Positions 11,055 to 21,286 of a stretch of DNA of 64,000 nt are shown here, in pieces; the first letter of the stretch is position 1; each line of letters begins with the position of its first letter. This stretch comes from Synechococcus sp. (GTDB lineage: Bacteria; Cyanobacteriota; Cyanobacteriia; PCC-6307; Cyanobiaceae). The notes below the pieces were generated by a model. The model made no database searches, was not told the DNA's origin, and worked only from the letters and a program-made list of their open reading frames with translations. The stretch lies in contig JBJBCN010000003.1 of NCBI GenBank assembly GCA_047285805.1, positions 384,001 through 448,000 on the forward strand. The letters are read 5' to 3'. A program made the position numbers and the translations under genes.

Positions 11055-12484
11055 GATGGGATAATAGATAAGACTGCCTGAGCAAGGATTTCGAGTCCTT
11101 TTGAACCACTACGCTCGGGATGAAACTGGAATCCAATGATGTTGTTATAGCGAACGGTGGCAGCAAAGGTTTCGCCTCCATAACAAGACATGTGGGTCAC
11201 GTACTCAGGCGAGATATTGATGGCGGCATAGCTATGGACAAAGTATTGATAGACACACTCGTCTTCACAAGAACGTGAAGAACCACTTGGGATGAGCTTA
11301 TTCCATCCAACATGAGGCAGTAAGACTCTGTGACCGAAGGCATCACAGGAGGGAAGGCAACTTACATTACCTGGGATAAAATCTAGGCCTGGGGTAACGG
11401 AATATTCATCACTTTGTGAGAAAAGCATCTGCATACCGAGACAGATGCCGAGGAGAGCCTTTCCTTGAGAGACCCACTCCGTAAGAAATGGAGCCAAACA
11501 AAGCCGGTCTAGGGCAGCCATTCCTGCAGGGAATGAACCAACGCCGGGTAAGGCTAAAAGGTCGCAAGCATCGAAGTCATGGTATTGGCTCGAGATAGCC
11601 ACAGAAGCACCTAATGATCTAAATGCATTGAGTAAACTATGAGTGTTACCCATACCGTAGTCGATGATGCCTATTTTCAGGCCGGAGAGAGGATTGCCGT
11701 AGGAAGGGAGAGGGTTGCATAAATGGCGTAGATTAAGCTCCGGGGATAAAGAGGCTTTGGTCTTATAACGCGCAAAATCTAGAGAGTTTGAGTGAAGCGC
11801 AGCTCCAACGCTGACGCCCGAAACGCAAGAATTGGAAAGCATGGAGGTGATTTGAACATCAGTTGAAATCCCTCCGCCGAAGATTAAGGGAACTGAGACT
11901 AGGTCTTGAACAGCACTCAATAACTCAGTATCCGGGGATGTGCATGTTCCGTCCCTATCTACGGAAGTTAGTAAGATCTCACCAGCACCTGCTTCTTGAG
12001 CCTTCTGAATCCAAGTCAAAACGTCTAGACCTGACTTTTCTCTACCCGCTTCGGTCATAGCTTCCCAGTTCCCACTGGAGGTCTGACGAGCTTGCACCGA
12101 TACGACAACGCACTGTTTGCCGAAAGCTTGTGCAAGCTCTGTGATCAGCTCAGGACGTTTAATGGCAGCTGTGTTGATAGCAATTTTGTCAGCTCCAGAT
12201 GCCAAAAGGGACTTGGCATCTGTGACGCTTCGAACTCCGCCTCCGGCTGTTATAGGAATAAAGACCTGCTCGCAGTTTTTACGAAGAAGATCCAAGAGGC
12301 TATTTCTACCGTAGAGGCTTGCGACGGCATCAACATAAAGAAGCTCATCAGCACCGGACTGACAGTACTTTATAGCTGCTTCACTGGGGTCCCCAATGAC
12401 GCGGAGACCTTCAAACCGAACACCCTTAATGAGACGACTACCTTTGATATCGAGACGAGCTATCAGTCGTTTAGTTAAACCCAT
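11051..12484 (-). CDS. fused HisF-like barrel + HisH-like glutaminase (ammonia donor for sugar amidination)
   Basis: N-half RLIARLDIK, AGGGVRS, LLTSVDRDGT; C-half IIDYGMGN, GICLGMQ, QFHPE; directly follows an N-acetyl sugar amidotransferase. Confidence 0.88.
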   Translation of the reverse strand: MGLTKRLIARLDIKGSRLIKGVRFEGLRVIGDPSEAAIKYCQSGADELLYVDAVASLYGRNSLLDLLRKNCEQVFIPITAGGGVRSVTDAKSLLASGADKIAINTAAIKRPELITELAQAFGKQCVVVSVQARQTSSGNWEAMTEAGREKSGLDVLTWIQKAQEAGAGEILLTSVDRDGTCTSPDTELLSAVQDLVSVPLIFGGGISTDVQITSMLSNSCVSGVSVGAALHSNSLDFARYKTKASLSPELNLRHLCNPLPSYGNPLSGLKIGIIDYGMGNTHSLLNAFRSLGASVAISSQYHDFDACDLLALPGVGSFPAGMAALDRLCLAPFLTEWVSQGKALLGICLGMQMLFSQSDEYSVTPGLDFIPGNVSCLPSCDAFGHRVLLPHVGWNKLIPSGSSRSCEDECVYQYFVHSYAAINISPEYVTHMSCYGGETFAATVRYNNIIGFQFHPERSGSKGLEILAQAVLSIIPS

Positions 12485-12485
12485 A

Positions 12486-13850
12486 CTAATGAGGAGAATT
12501 ACCGATCCATTCAGATGCGGTGAGCTGTTGATGAGATGCTACATCGTCAAAAACCGTACGACGTAGCTTCCATTGGTTATCGTCAGTGAAGGTCCACAAG
12601 TGTGGCGATCGAAATTTGTCAGCCAATAGATTGTAATAGCTGTGATCGAATGCAGGGCTTTCGAAGGCTTTTGATGCAACTGGGAACTGATCTGGAGGAA
12701 GAGAAAGATAGTCAAAGATCTCCTGGGCCCAGCGATCAGGGAATTCACCATCATATTTTTGAACTAGAGCGACACCCTCTTCTCGAGTAATATCTCCCGA
12801 GCGTATCTCCTGGGCTGCATCATATGTAGACCTTCCGATGCCGAACTTAATCCATGTCGTATGGTAATGGAAGTCATCGATACGATCATCAATTGAATTA
12901 TAGGTGCTGTAAGTACCTGCAGTTCGCTCTGGAGCACTCTCAAAACCTCCGTGCTCGATGGCGTAATAGTATGCACTTTGCGGATGCCATTTTTCATAAT
13001 AGCCAAGATAATGAACTTCTATTTTCTTATCAGTGAGTCTATGCGGATCAATCGGCATATATGGTTCCCAGTCTACTGGCTGCAAACCAAGCTCCCGTAG
13101 ATTAGAGAGCGAAGTGCCTCCTAGGAAGATTTCGTCTTCTGATGATGAAGAGAAGTATTCCCAGCTTCGCACGGCTGAGTTCATATCAGCTTGAGGGTTG
13201 CCATATTCTGCTTCATTTTCACCATAGAAGATGAGAGGTATATCATAGAGCGCTGCTATCTTGGGAGCGAGATTTTTTTGGCCGAGGATAAAGGGTTGAA
13301 ACGGGTGAAAGAGATTCTCTACCGCCAGACGAGTAATAAGCCTATGAATTTTACCATTAGGAGTAAAAAGGATATTGTCAAATCCAGCGTGAATCCAGGC
13401 CTGATGATTTCTCCAGCCCCAATCTGTATAAATATGAGGGGCCCATGTACATGTTAATGGGTGCATCCCATATTTGTACTTTAGTAGGTGGGCTTGCATG
13501 AAACTGTCTTTGCCCCCGCTCCCTGGGACTAAGCAGTCATAAGAACCATCTGTCCGACGATAGCGATCGCAGAGATCACGAAGTTCAAGTTCGCGTGTGT
13601 TCCAGTCAATGCTATTTTTTTGCTCTTTTACTCGGCATGCGTCACAGACACCTGATTCATCGAAGTGAATCGCTTGCTTAGGTTTTGTTCCGTCATTCTT
13701 GAACTCAGCTGTGCTAGAAGGTCGCTGGTTGCTGATGACGCAGGAGCGACAGAACTTTATCTCAAGAGGAAGGCCATAAAAGGCCACTTCTGGCTGGGAA
13801 GACCTAAAGGCTGTCTTGTCGATAGGCTGTGGGAAAGGAAAAAAGACCAT
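12486..13850 (-). CDS. N-acetyl sugar amidotransferase (WbuX/PseA/PtmG family)
   Basis: CRSC...CDAC cysteine pairs, PP-loop SGGKDS, YGENEAEYG and KFGIGR motifs. Confidence 0.9.
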   Translation of the reverse strand: MVFFPFPQPIDKTAFRSSQPEVAFYGLPLEIKFCRSCVISNQRPSSTAEFKNDGTKPKQAIHFDESGVCDACRVKEQKNSIDWNTRELELRDLCDRYRRTDGSYDCLVPGSGGKDSFMQAHLLKYKYGMHPLTCTWAPHIYTDWGWRNHQAWIHAGFDNILFTPNGKIHRLITRLAVENLFHPFQPFILGQKNLAPKIAALYDIPLIFYGENEAEYGNPQADMNSAVRSWEYFSSSSEDEIFLGGTSLSNLRELGLQPVDWEPYMPIDPHRLTDKKIEVHYLGYYEKWHPQSAYYYAIEHGGFESAPERTAGTYSTYNSIDDRIDDFHYHTTWIKFGIGRSTYDAAQEIRSGDITREEGVALVQKYDGEFPDRWAQEIFDYLSLPPDQFPVASKAFESPAFDHSYYNLLADKFRSPHLWTFTDDNQWKLRRTVFDDVASHQQLTASEWIGNSPH

Positions 13851-13877
13851 GCCGGCGCTTCGACTCGAATTACAATC

Positions 13878-15017
13878 CTATCGCCATTGCTGGTTTTGCA
13901 GCCATTCCATGATCGCAGATGTGGGTGTCTTAGTAGGCTTAGGGCACTTTCGGGGCCAAAGCACGCGTTGACCGGCTTGAAGGGCATTCTGCAGGGCTGA
14001 GCTGACAGAGTCGATTTCTGGAGTTGCATCAAAAACATCGGGTCCAAATCTGAGACGTCCTTGCTGGCGAGCGCCGATATTCAGAACAGGCATACCGACA
14101 ATTGGTGCTTCGATGATTCCACTTGAAGAATTTCCACCCATAGCTTCAAACAAATGAAGAGCAGCGAGGTATCGTTCATGACCCAAAGATGGGATACACC
14201 ATGCTCGATGCGAGTATGTTTCGACAAAGCGATGCAAAAGACTCAAAAGATCATCACTTCCATCGTCGGCATTCGGGTATGTAAAAAGAACATGTATATC
14301 CAGCCGCTCTAAGACATTAAGCAGGACTTGAAACCCCTTAATTCCTCGATCTTCGTCAAGAGTTTCAGGGTGATATGTCACAAGCAAGTTGGAATCGCCA
14401 AAACGATAGCCAGTCAGGCGCTCAAAGTCGGAACGGCTAGGTTCAGGCGACCTTAAAATTCCATCCAGCACTAATGGTCCGACTGTAAAGACGCTCTGAG
14501 GCGAATGCCCCATCGCTATCACTCGTTTGCTATATAGTTCTGCAGCTGTAAAATGCCAAGTGCTCAGTTGGGTAATCGCATGTCGAAGTTTGTTATCCAA
14601 AGCACCTTCGGTTGTTTCACCTCCATGCAAGTGTACAATTGGTATACCAGTAAGATGGCTCGCCGCTGCACATGCAAATGCCTCATAACGATCACCCAGG
14701 ATAATAATTAGCTCAGGTTGGGAGCTAACTAAGCAAGCTGCGATCCCTGACAAAGCAGCCGAAGTAAGCTCGGCCATGGACGGCCGGGGGGTTCGCTCTA
14801 GAGCGAGGGGTACAAAATGAGTTGGCTTGAGGCCATCCGATTCAATCTCAGTGACTGTCGAACCAAAAGTTGAGCTAAGGTGGCTACCACTAACAATCAT
14901 TTGGAGCTCGAAACGGACATCAGAATTGATCTCTATCAACAGATGCCGCAACAGACCATACTCTGATCGACTACCGGTGAAGGCTGCAATTTTTATAGGC
15001 AGATTATGTTCAACCAT
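13878..15017 (-). CDS. neuC: hydrolysing NDP-sugar 2-epimerase (NeuC/LegG)
   Basis: TGSRSEYG, LGDRYE, HLHGGE, VTYHPET and GNSSSGIIEAP; ATG at 15017 overlaps the neuB stop region. Confidence 0.92.
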   Translation of the reverse strand: MVEHNLPIKIAAFTGSRSEYGLLRHLLIEINSDVRFELQMIVSGSHLSSTFGSTVTEIESDGLKPTHFVPLALERTPRPSMAELTSAALSGIAACLVSSQPELIIILGDRYEAFACAAASHLTGIPIVHLHGGETTEGALDNKLRHAITQLSTWHFTAAELYSKRVIAMGHSPQSVFTVGPLVLDGILRSPEPSRSDFERLTGYRFGDSNLLVTYHPETLDEDRGIKGFQVLLNVLERLDIHVLFTYPNADDGSDDLLSLLHRFVETYSHRAWCIPSLGHERYLAALHLFEAMGGNSSSGIIEAPIVGMPVLNIGARQQGRLRFGPDVFDATPEIDSVSSALQNALQAGQRVLWPRKCPKPTKTPTSAIMEWLQNQQWR

Positions 15018-16020
15018 CGATAGCTTCACCAACGTCATAATTACGACGGGCAGGTTTTCCGATTATCTGGAAGTAAGACATAGGACTGAGGCCATCGGCT
15101 GGGCGTTGGCACACCAAATCATCAGGTGTTAACAGCTGTCCGGTTGAGATTGGCCGCGCCGCCCTCAAACTGCGTCGTGCAACGGTGAGTGTGTTCTGTT
15201 CTGAAGGCTGTGGACGCTTGAAGCCATCACCGAGAATCTTCTCGCAACTACGTATGGCGAGAACCATTTGCTCGAACGATGAAGGCTCAAGACTTGCTTT
15301 GTGATCGGGACCTGGTAAAGAAGTATCCAGTGTTAGATGCTTTTCAAGAACGACAGCACCTAAAGCCACAGCTGCTACTGGAGCCACTATGCCAGTGGTG
15401 TGGTCTGAGTAACCAACAGGACAGCCAAAGGCTGAATGCATAGATGTGAGGGCATAAAGATTGACCTCATCTTCTGGTGCTGGGTATGCGCTTAGACAGT
15501 GGAGAAGAGTGACCCGATCTCTCGGTAGTCCAGCATCAAGAAAGACTTGAAGCGCTTCTTCTACCTCGCCCAGGCGACTCATACCTGTAGAAAGATATAC
15601 AGGTAAGTTATATGTGAGAGCCGCTTGAGCCATAGCCTGGAGCAATGGGAGATGGGTTATCTCTCCAGATGGAACCTTAATCGCATTAATGCCAACCTCA
15701 AGGAGCATCTGTAGTTCTGGTATACCAAAAGCAGTGGACAAGAAAGAAATACCTATGTCGCGACAGTAATCAGCCAACTCGAAATGTTGACAAACGCTTA
15801 ATTCGAGATTATTAAGCATCTGACGTTGGCTACCGGCGCCGTCATTTTGAGTCTGGTAGTCAGCCTTGGGTGCGTTGGTAGTGACAAGCGAGGAAGAGGT
15901 GAATGTCTGAAATTTGACGGCATCGGCGCCTGCATCAGCAGCGGCCCTGACCAACTGCTTAGCCATGGCGAAGTCGCCGTTGTGATTGACACCAGCCTCG
16001 GCGATTACAAAAGTGGCCAT
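15010..16020 (-). CDS. neuB: nonulosonic acid synthase (NeuB/LegI)
   Basis: IAEAGVNHNG, KFQT, GYSDHT, EKHLTLD and GPDH motifs; C-terminal SAF domain. Confidence 0.95.
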   Translation of the reverse strand: MATFVIAEAGVNHNGDFAMAKQLVRAAADAGADAVKFQTFTSSSLVTTNAPKADYQTQNDGAGSQRQMLNNLELSVCQHFELADYCRDIGISFLSTAFGIPELQMLLEVGINAIKVPSGEITHLPLLQAMAQAALTYNLPVYLSTGMSRLGEVEEALQVFLDAGLPRDRVTLLHCLSAYPAPEDEVNLYALTSMHSAFGCPVGYSDHTTGIVAPVAAVALGAVVLEKHLTLDTSLPGPDHKASLEPSSFEQMVLAIRSCEKILGDGFKRPQPSEQNTLTVARRSLRAARPISTGQLLTPDDLVCQRPADGLSPMSYFQIIGKPARRNYDVGEAIDG

Positions 16021-16598
16021 CCCATCACCCGTTTGCCGGCACTAATTACAGTACGTTCAGGAATCTCTAGTCCCTCCCGAAGAACACTGCCGCTGCCAAT
16101 AAAACATTCTGAGCCAAGCCTAACGCCTCCATTAATCACGGCTCCGGTACTGACATGGCAATGGTCCCCGATTTGGACGTCATGCTCTATGAGGCATCTA
16201 GTGTTGAGGGTGCAATGTGATCCGATTACAGCACCCGCATTGATAATCGAGCCATGGCCGACAGTCGTACCCCTTCCTAATGTCGCGTGACGACTAACAA
16301 TAGCGTGTGGAGAAACCACTAAAGGTATTTCAAAACCAAGTTCTTCCAGTAATGAAGCCAAACGTATACGCAAACGAGCATCTGGAAGCTGCCCAACCGC
16401 CAAAACCGCGGCTTTGCAGGTCAATGAAAGCTGCGGGAGATCAGAGTCAGAAGATATAACAGTATACCCAAGCACTTTTGTCCCTACCTGCTCCGGAAGA
16501 CCAACAAGACCTTCGATCTTCCATCGACCCGCTTCCTCAACAATATCGATCAATGAGCGCGCATGTCCGCCACAGCCAATGAGGAGCAAAGAAGTCAA
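16005..16598 (-). CDS. hexapeptide-repeat sugar acetyltransferase (NeuD/PglD/LegH-like)
   Basis: IGCGGHA and left-handed beta-helix repeats (IEHDVQIG); TTG at 16598 overlaps the legC stop (TTGA). Confidence 0.88.
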   Translation of the reverse strand: MTSLLLIGCGGHARSLIDIVEEAGRWKIEGLVGLPEQVGTKVLGYTVISSDSDLPQLSLTCKAAVLAVGQLPDARLRIRLASLLEELGFEIPLVVSPHAIVSRHATLGRGTTVGHGSIINAGAVIGSHCTLNTRCLIEHDVQIGDHCHVSTGAVINGGVRLGSECFIGSGSVLREGLEIPERTVISAGKRVMGWPLL

Positions 16599-17791
16599 TT
16601 TGCCAAACCCTCCAACAACTGTGGACTGCTCGGTAGATTCAGGAGACGACAGGCTTGATCTTCTGCGATTGAAAGAGGTCCGCGTGGAGAGTCGGTATAC
16701 ATAGGTTGTTGGTTTAGTAGTTGCCACACAGGACGCAACAGGATGCCCTCAGCATGAGCACACTCGATAATGTTTAGACGAACTACTCTTGCTTGACGAG
16801 AATCATCCGAAAGAAATCTCAAAGAAACTAGCCAGTGATTGCTGCTACATCCCGGCTGCTCCGAAAGAATCTCTACCCCTGGAATAGAAGCAAAGAGATT
16901 TGTGTATCTGTCAAAGAGTTTCTTTTTTAGCCTAAGACGGCGATCAAGATCCTCGATCTGAGCAACTCCCAGTGCTGCATTGAGATTTGGCAAACGATCG
17001 TTCCACCCAACTAAATCATGCTTGAACTCCCAAGGGTGCGGAATTTTTGCTGTTGTGGAAAGATGCCGTGCGAGATTAGCTAGTTCGGTATTGTTTGTGA
17101 TAACTGCACCACCCCCACCGGTGGTAATTAGCTTATTTCCATTGAAGCTTAGTATTCCTAAAGAACCAATTAAACCACAGTGCTCTTCTGCAACCCAGCT
17201 TCCGAGTGCTTCCGCAGCATCTTCAATTAAGGGCAAACCCCATTCATCTGAAACAGATCGTAGCTGATTGATTAGAGCTGGACGACCAAAGACATGAACT
17301 GGGAGTACGGCAGACAACCTACGTCCTGATTCGCGATTGTAGATCTGACCGCCGCGTCTCTCAGCAATTGCGTCTAGACGTTCTGCTAAAGAACTAGGGC
17401 TCATTCCTAAGGAACAAGGTTCAATGTCAACAAAATGAGGAACTGCTCCTAGATGTGAAACTGCGTTAGCAGTTGCAATAAAACTCAGAGGAGGCAAAAG
17501 AACTTCATCCCCAGGACGCACTCCCGCAACGTAGAGGCTTAGGCGAAGAGCAACGGTGCCATTGCTCACAGCTATTGCATGTTTGGCTCCAGTAAAGTGG
17601 CATAGAGACTGTTCAAACTGACTAACCCACTGTCCTGCTGTACTTACCCACCCAGTATCTAGACAATCCTTTACGTACTGCCAGGCATTGGTACCGCTAA
17701 AATCTGGCTCATGAAGTGCAATAGGATATGAGTTGGAAGACTGTCCACAAACATCCCTCAAAACAGCCAATATGTCCGAAGTTTGACTCAT
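16595..17791 (-). CDS. legC: LegC-family PLP-dependent sugar aminotransferase
   Basis: IALHEP, GWVS, EDAAEALGS, SFNGNKLITTGGGG and NLPSS motifs. Confidence 0.92.
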   Translation of the reverse strand: MSQTSDILAVLRDVCGQSSNSYPIALHEPDFSGTNAWQYVKDCLDTGWVSTAGQWVSQFEQSLCHFTGAKHAIAVSNGTVALRLSLYVAGVRPGDEVLLPPLSFIATANAVSHLGAVPHFVDIEPCSLGMSPSSLAERLDAIAERRGGQIYNRESGRRLSAVLPVHVFGRPALINQLRSVSDEWGLPLIEDAAEALGSWVAEEHCGLIGSLGILSFNGNKLITTGGGGAVITNNTELANLARHLSTTAKIPHPWEFKHDLVGWNDRLPNLNAALGVAQIEDLDRRLRLKKKLFDRYTNLFASIPGVEILSEQPGCSSNHWLVSLRFLSDDSRQARVVRLNIIECAHAEGILLRPVWQLLNQQPMYTDSPRGPLSIAEDQACRLLNLPSSPQLLEGLAN

Positions 17792-18786
17792 ACGGAATAC
17801 AGACCCGGCCTATACATCGCTAAGTTATGAGCGTCTAGGAACCAATCCACGGTTTCTTTCAAACCACACCTGAATCCTTCAATCCCTGCATAGCGAGGCT
17901 GCCAATCCGTCAGTTGCTTGAGACGCGTATTATCGCCAAAAAGGCGATTAACTTCTGACCCTGGCGGCCGAAGACGGTCTTGATCTGTCAAGATTTCCAC
18001 TTCCCTGCCCATAACCTCAGCAATAAGCTGGACAGTGGACCCGATTGAAATCTCAAAGTTGCTGGCTGCATTCACGACCAGACCAAGGGCGGAGTCACAT
18101 TGAGAAACCGAGAGAAAAGCTGCCGCTGTATCCAAAACAAAGTTAAAGTCTCTCGTAGGAGTAAGCGCACCAAGAGAGATCGCGGTGCGTCCAGAGGCGA
18201 TTTGCGTAATTACTGTAGGGATAATAGCTCTAGCACTTTGGCGAGGACCGTAAGTATTGAACGGGCGCAATACAGTGACGGGGGTTTCGAAGCTTCTCCA
18301 ATAACTCAAAGCTATTTGATCTGCACCTATTTTGGTAGCGGCGTAAGGTGACTGACCAACAAGCGGATGATCCTCAGTAATAGGTACAAACTGAGCAGTC
18401 CCATAGGTTTCAGAGGTAGATGTATGAATAACTCTTTGAACACCAAGATCTCGAGCAGCCTGAACAACATTCAAGGTTCCATGGATATTTGTATCTACAT
18501 AACTAGAGGGGGCAATATAACTATAAGGGATGGCGATTAGCGCTGCCAGATGAAATACTTGGTCACAGCCGCGCATGGCTTCGCGTACGCAGATAGGGTC
18601 GCGAATATCACCTAGTACTACATCGATATCTGCCTTAATAGAATCTGGTAGTGAATCAAGCCAACCCCAACTACCAATAGAGTTGTATTGACAAAAAGCT
18701 CTGACGCTATAGCCAGATTTGAGTAGTGTCTCGGTAAGATGGGATCCTATAAATCCATCGGCACCTGTTACGAGAGCAAGAGTCAT
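17788..18786 (-). CDS. legB: NAD-dependent NDP-GlcNAc 4,6-dehydratase (LegB-like)
   Basis: TGADGFIG, HLAALIAIPYSY, TSTSETYG, YAATK and RPFNTYGPRQS motifs. Confidence 0.9.
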   Translation of the reverse strand: MTLALVTGADGFIGSHLTETLLKSGYSVRAFCQYNSIGSWGWLDSLPDSIKADIDVVLGDIRDPICVREAMRGCDQVFHLAALIAIPYSYIAPSSYVDTNIHGTLNVVQAARDLGVQRVIHTSTSETYGTAQFVPITEDHPLVGQSPYAATKIGADQIALSYWRSFETPVTVLRPFNTYGPRQSARAIIPTVITQIASGRTAISLGALTPTRDFNFVLDTAAAFLSVSQCDSALGLVVNAASNFEISIGSTVQLIAEVMGREVEILTDQDRLRPPGSEVNRLFGDNTRLKQLTDWQPRYAGIEGFRCGLKETVDWFLDAHNLAMYRPGLYSV

Positions 18787-19488
18787 TCAATCACTGATCA
18801 TGTCTGACATCATAAGCTCGACCAGGCGAAAGTCGACCATATCGTCAATGTCTATAGAACGCTCTCTAGGCATTTCGTGAAATCGAAGACCATTCTGCCA
18901 AATACCTTTGGCCAAGGACTCCAGCGTCCAGCAATAGATAGATGCATTCATCGCATAAACAGGCGGTGCCTGCTGACGAGAAACAGGTGAATCAGAAAAG
19001 GGTAAAGTCTTTGAGAGGCAAACAGAGCCATCCCAATTCTTCTCAACCATATTGAAGTAAGGATTCTTGTCTGACTTATAACCCGTTATCACGGCAGGCG
19101 CACCCTGATCAAGTAAGTTCAGACAATGAGTAATATCACTACTGTTCCTAAGAGGTGAGGTCGGGTCTAGATCAACGATCCGATCAACCAAGCCATCGTT
19201 TTTTATGATCCAGTCAACGAGGTGTCGTACTACTGGTAATTTAGCAGCGTCATCAGTAGCCAAACTTTGTGGGCGGATAAAAGGTACACATGCTCCTGTA
19301 TTTTCTGCAATGTTCGCAATCGATTCGCAGTCGGTAGAAACATAGACTTTGTCAATCGCTGGATGAGACAAAGCTTGGTCAATGGTCCAGCAAATAAGGG
19401 GTTTTCCGTGTATCTCACGGACATTTTTTCCTGGAACACCCTTGGAACCTCCACGAGCACAGATTGTCGCAATGGTTAGATTTGACAT
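18787..19488 (-). CDS. neuA: acylneuraminate cytidylyltransferase (NeuA/LegF/PtmB)
   Basis: ICARGGSKGVPGKN, PTSPLR and SIDIDD motifs. Confidence 0.92.
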   Translation of the reverse strand: MSNLTIATICARGGSKGVPGKNVREIHGKPLICWTIDQALSHPAIDKVYVSTDCESIANIAENTGACVPFIRPQSLATDDAAKLPVVRHLVDWIIKNDGLVDRIVDLDPTSPLRNSSDITHCLNLLDQGAPAVITGYKSDKNPYFNMVEKNWDGSVCLSKTLPFSDSPVSRQQAPPVYAMNASIYCWTLESLAKGIWQNGLRFHEMPRERSIDIDDMVDFRLVELMMSDMISD

Positions 19489-20474
19489 GCCATCTCCTTG
19501 AGTTGAATCGCTAGAGCGCTTGTTTCTAGACCTTCAGTCAGCGGTTGTACACACGGTAAGTCATTAAACAAGGAGTCGAGAAAGGATGTCCATGCTGTCC
19601 CGTATGTACTCGATATATCAAAATGATTGGTTCCTGATGACAACACATATTTGTTGGTAGCCGTTTTTAGTGTAAGCGCTTTAAGCGAGAGATCCCAGGT
19701 CAAGGTTCCTTTATCTCCTACCGCCTGGTAGCGTCGAATAGGCGTTCTCGCAACATAATCCAAATTAATACTAATAATTGCATTTTTCTGGCTGACTAGA
19801 GTAGCTGATGCAACAGCTTCGGAATGAATCTCTAGACTAGGCACATAAGATTTGGTGCATGAGATTGGTTTAATACTACCAAAGATCCATCTGGCAATAT
19901 CAATCTCATGGATGAGGTCAAGTAAAACACCACCCCCTTGGTCAGGATTCGCACTATAACTGTCTTTATAATTTGTCGCAGGACGCCAATCAGGTAACCA
20001 CTGTCCAACTTCAAAAGAAGCCCTGGCAATATGACCAATTAAACCTTCATCTATGACCTCCTTAAATCTCCTTATTGATGGAAGAAACCTTAGATTACAT
20101 CCAACCTGCGTACAAGGAAGCGGATGAGAAGCTTTCATGGCACCAGATATAGCCGAGAGCTGCTCGTGGTTAATGGCCACAGGCTTTTCTACATAGAAAG
20201 GAATTGATGCTTGCAGGGCCTGTTGAATTGCTTCGGTATGAAGAAAAGATGGGTTAGAAATGACCAGAAAATGAGGTCTTTTGATCAGAGCTTGACGGAC
20301 TGAAGAAACGAGTAAGGCTTCTTTGTCTAGAGACAATTGGTTATGAGCTGTATTCTCACGCACAAATGTCCAATTGACACGACCTACCAACTTCTCAATT
20401 TCAGATATATGACGCTTCCCAATAGCTCCTGTACCAGCGACTGCAATGTTGAGTTCAGTTAATGACACGGACAT
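19476..20474 (-). CDS. Gfo/Idh/MocA oxidoreductase (PtmF-like)
   Basis: GTGAIGKRH, YVEKP and GGGVLLDLIHEID motifs. Confidence 0.85.
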   Translation of the reverse strand: MSVSLTELNIAVAGTGAIGKRHISEIEKLVGRVNWTFVRENTAHNQLSLDKEALLVSSVRQALIKRPHFLVISNPSFLHTEAIQQALQASIPFYVEKPVAINHEQLSAISGAMKASHPLPCTQVGCNLRFLPSIRRFKEVIDEGLIGHIARASFEVGQWLPDWRPATNYKDSYSANPDQGGGVLLDLIHEIDIARWIFGSIKPISCTKSYVPSLEIHSEAVASATLVSQKNAIISINLDYVARTPIRRYQAVGDKGTLTWDLSLKALTLKTATNKYVLSSGTNHFDISSTYGTAWTSFLDSLFNDLPCVQPLTEGLETSALAIQLKEMACQI

Positions 20475-20497
20475 TCTATTCTACAGGCCAGTACGGT

Positions 20498-21286
20498 TCA
20501 AGGAGTGGTAGATATTTTGTTCCAATTGCTAAGATTTACTCCTTTAGTAATAAGATATTGTCGTGCGTCAGGGAGGGCTTCTCCGATGAAATTGAATAGA
20601 TTGGCGGTTGATGCTCCATCAATAGAGTTGGTCTCCAGGGCATTAAGTAAATGATCTTTATTGCCAGCTCCACCAGATATAATAACAGGAATACTAGAGA
20701 TATTGCTAACAACTTGAAGAATATCTAGACAATACCCTTGTCCCGTTCCATCAAAATCAATCGAGTTTAGATATAGTTCTCCTACTCCAAGTGAAATCAC
20801 ATGCTGCAAATATTCTACTAGCGACATGTCAACCTCTGTCGCTCCTTGATCAACATAGACTTTCCATGTGCCGTCAACTAACTTGAAGTCAATAGATGCG
20901 ACAATAGCCTGGCTTCCATATTTCGAGACCAAATCCTTGATTAGCTTTGGGTTTCTGTATATAGACGTATTGATAATCAACTTGTCTGCTCCGTTGCTAA
21001 TCATTAAATCGGCATCTTGAAGAGAGTTTATGTGACCTCCAAGGCCTAGAGGTATAAAACAGTTAAGGCTTACTTCTTCTACCGCAGCAATAAATTCTCT
21101 TGCATTTGCTCCGTTGCGGTCTACATTTAGGATTATCAGTTCGTCAAGAGACTGTGCTACATGCTCGAAGTTATAGTTAGACCTCAACCAAGAAGTATCT
21201 CCAACTCGCTGGAGACGAAAGTTACGACTCAGCCAAAAGTATCCTTCTTGATAGAGAAGCGTAAAGACTAGCCGTTTTCTTGCCAT
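20498..21286 (-). CDS. hisF: HisF-like paralog (WbuZ-type, glycan amidination associated)
   Basis: TIM-barrel motifs (DELIILNV, GGHI, GADK, SIDFDGTGQG, SGGAG); the N-terminal catalytic Asp appears absent (RLVFTLL); TAATG coupling to hisH. Confidence 0.8.
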   Translation of the reverse strand: MARKRLVFTLLYQEGYFWLSRNFRLQRVGDTSWLRSNYNFEHVAQSLDELIILNVDRNGANAREFIAAVEEVSLNCFIPLGLGGHINSLQDADLMISNGADKLIINTSIYRNPKLIKDLVSKYGSQAIVASIDFKLVDGTWKVYVDQGATEVDMSLVEYLQHVISLGVGELYLNSIDFDGTGQGYCLDILQVVSNISSIPVIISGGAGNKDHLLNALETNSIDGASTANLFNFIGEALPDARQYLITKGVNLSNWNKISTTP

